Source: Gammaproteobacteria bacterium | GTDB lineage: Bacteria > Pseudomonadota > Gammaproteobacteria > Eutrophobiales > Eutrophobiaceae | Length of the DNA: 64,000 nucleotides | Direction of reading: 5' to 3' | Assembly: GCA_965222155.1 (NCBI GenBank) | Contig: CBDCTH010000012.1 | Location: 2,624,001-2,688,000 of the forward strand | Part shown: positions 63,111-64,000 of the stretch, in pieces | How positions within the stretch are numbered: position 1 is the first letter of the stretch | Layout: each line of letters begins with the position of its first letter | Notes under the pieces: generated by a model | What the model was told of the DNA's origin: nothing | Databases searched by the model: none | What the model saw: only the letters and a program-made list of their open reading frames with translations | Program-made: the position numbers and the translations under genes

Positions 63111-64000
63111 TTACATGCGAAATAAGCCAAACCGGGTCTGTTCTATGGGCGCATTCAAGGCGGCTGAGATACTGAGCCCCAGTACCCGGCGCGTATCCCG
63201 GGGCGCGATAATCCCGTCGTCCCACAGACGGGCGCTGGCATAATATGGATGTCCCTGGGTTTCATATTGTTCCCGTATCGGTGCTTTAAACGCTTCCTGC
63301 TCCGCTTCCGGCCAGCCCTCGCCTTTCGCTTCCAGGTTATCCAGCCTCACCTGCGCCAGAACATTGGCTGCCTGTTCACCGCCCATAACGGATATACGGG
63401 CATTGGGCCACATCCACAGGAAGCGTGGATTGTACGCGCGGCCGCACATGCCGTAGTTCCCGGCGCCGAAACTGCCGCCGATAATCACGGTAAATTTGGG
63501 TACCGAGGTGGTGGCGACCGCAGTGACCATCTTGGCGCCGTCCTTGGCAATGCCGCCGGCCTCGTATTTTTGTCCCACCATGAAACCGGTGATGTTTTGC
63601 AGGAACACCAGGGGGATGTGTCTTTGACTGCATAATTCGATGAAATGTGCGCCTTTCAGGGCCGATTCGGAGAATAATATGCCGTTATTGGCAACAATAC
63701 CCACCGGGTAGCCGTAAATATGGGCAAAACCACAAACGAGCGTGGCGCCATACAAAGGTTTGAACTCGGCAAATTCGCTGCCGTCCACGATTCGGGCAAT
63801 GACTTCACGTACGTCAAAAGGTTTGCGCGTGTCCGGTGGGACCACACCGTCAATCTCATCGACTGCATAGTCCGGTTCAACTGCTTCCCTGGTCTCCAAG
63901 CCGATGTGCTTACGGGTATTGAAGTGGGCAACGGACCGCCGCGCCAACTCCAGGGCATGCTGATCGTTCAAAGCGTAGTGGTCCGTCACGCCAGACTGGC
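63111..64000 (-). CDS. liuB: 3-methylcrotonyl-CoA carboxylase beta (carboxyltransferase), 5' end outside window
   Basis: [39 protein letters not shown]. Confidence 0.9.
   Translation of the reverse strand, partial: QSGVTDHYALNDQHALELARRSVAHFNTRKHIGLETREAVEPDYAVDEIDGVVPPDTRKPFDVREVIARIVDGSEFAEFKPLYGATLVCGFAHIYGYPVGIVANNGILFSESALKGAHFIELCSQRHIPLVFLQNITGFMVGQKYEAGGIAKDGAKMVTAVATTSVPKFTVIIGGSFGAGNYGMCGRAYNPRFLWMWPNARISVMGGEQAANVLAQVRLDNLEAKGEGWPEAEQEAFKAPIREQYETQGHPYYASARLWDDGIIAPRDTRRVLGLSISAALNAPIEQTRFGLFRM

Overview
Bacterial (probably gammaproteobacterial) window in which core-like metabolic genes alternate with defence and mobile DNA. The metabolic genes are agmatinase, GluQ, a D-amino acid dehydrogenase, a BisC-like Mo enzyme, acyl-CoA/beta-oxidation genes, metY, maeB, a hydantoinase-like cluster and liuBCD. 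Defence block 1 (1.4-12.8 kb) is a type III RM locus. Its mod is split by a complete IS21 (6-bp TSD), and an intact GNAT-PIN-PUA/ASCH-like gene plus a stand-alone ASCH gene sit between mod and res. Block 2 (37.5-40.6 kb) is an intact GmrSD-like (DUF262-DUF1524) nuclease plus a DUF433/PIN TA pair. Block 3 (48.3-60.1 kb) is a type I RM locus. hsdM and hsdR keep their frames but carry five in-frame TAG codons, all explicable as CpA>TpA changes. An intact HEPN gene and an MNT::HsdS fusion lie inside it, followed by about 5 kb of TA and IS debris. Intergenic DNA holds at least three REP/MITE-like palindrome families, a RAYT transposase and a 24-bp tandem array derived from a REP arm; several genes have repeat-derived termini. 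All calls are by eye from motifs; no database searches were run.
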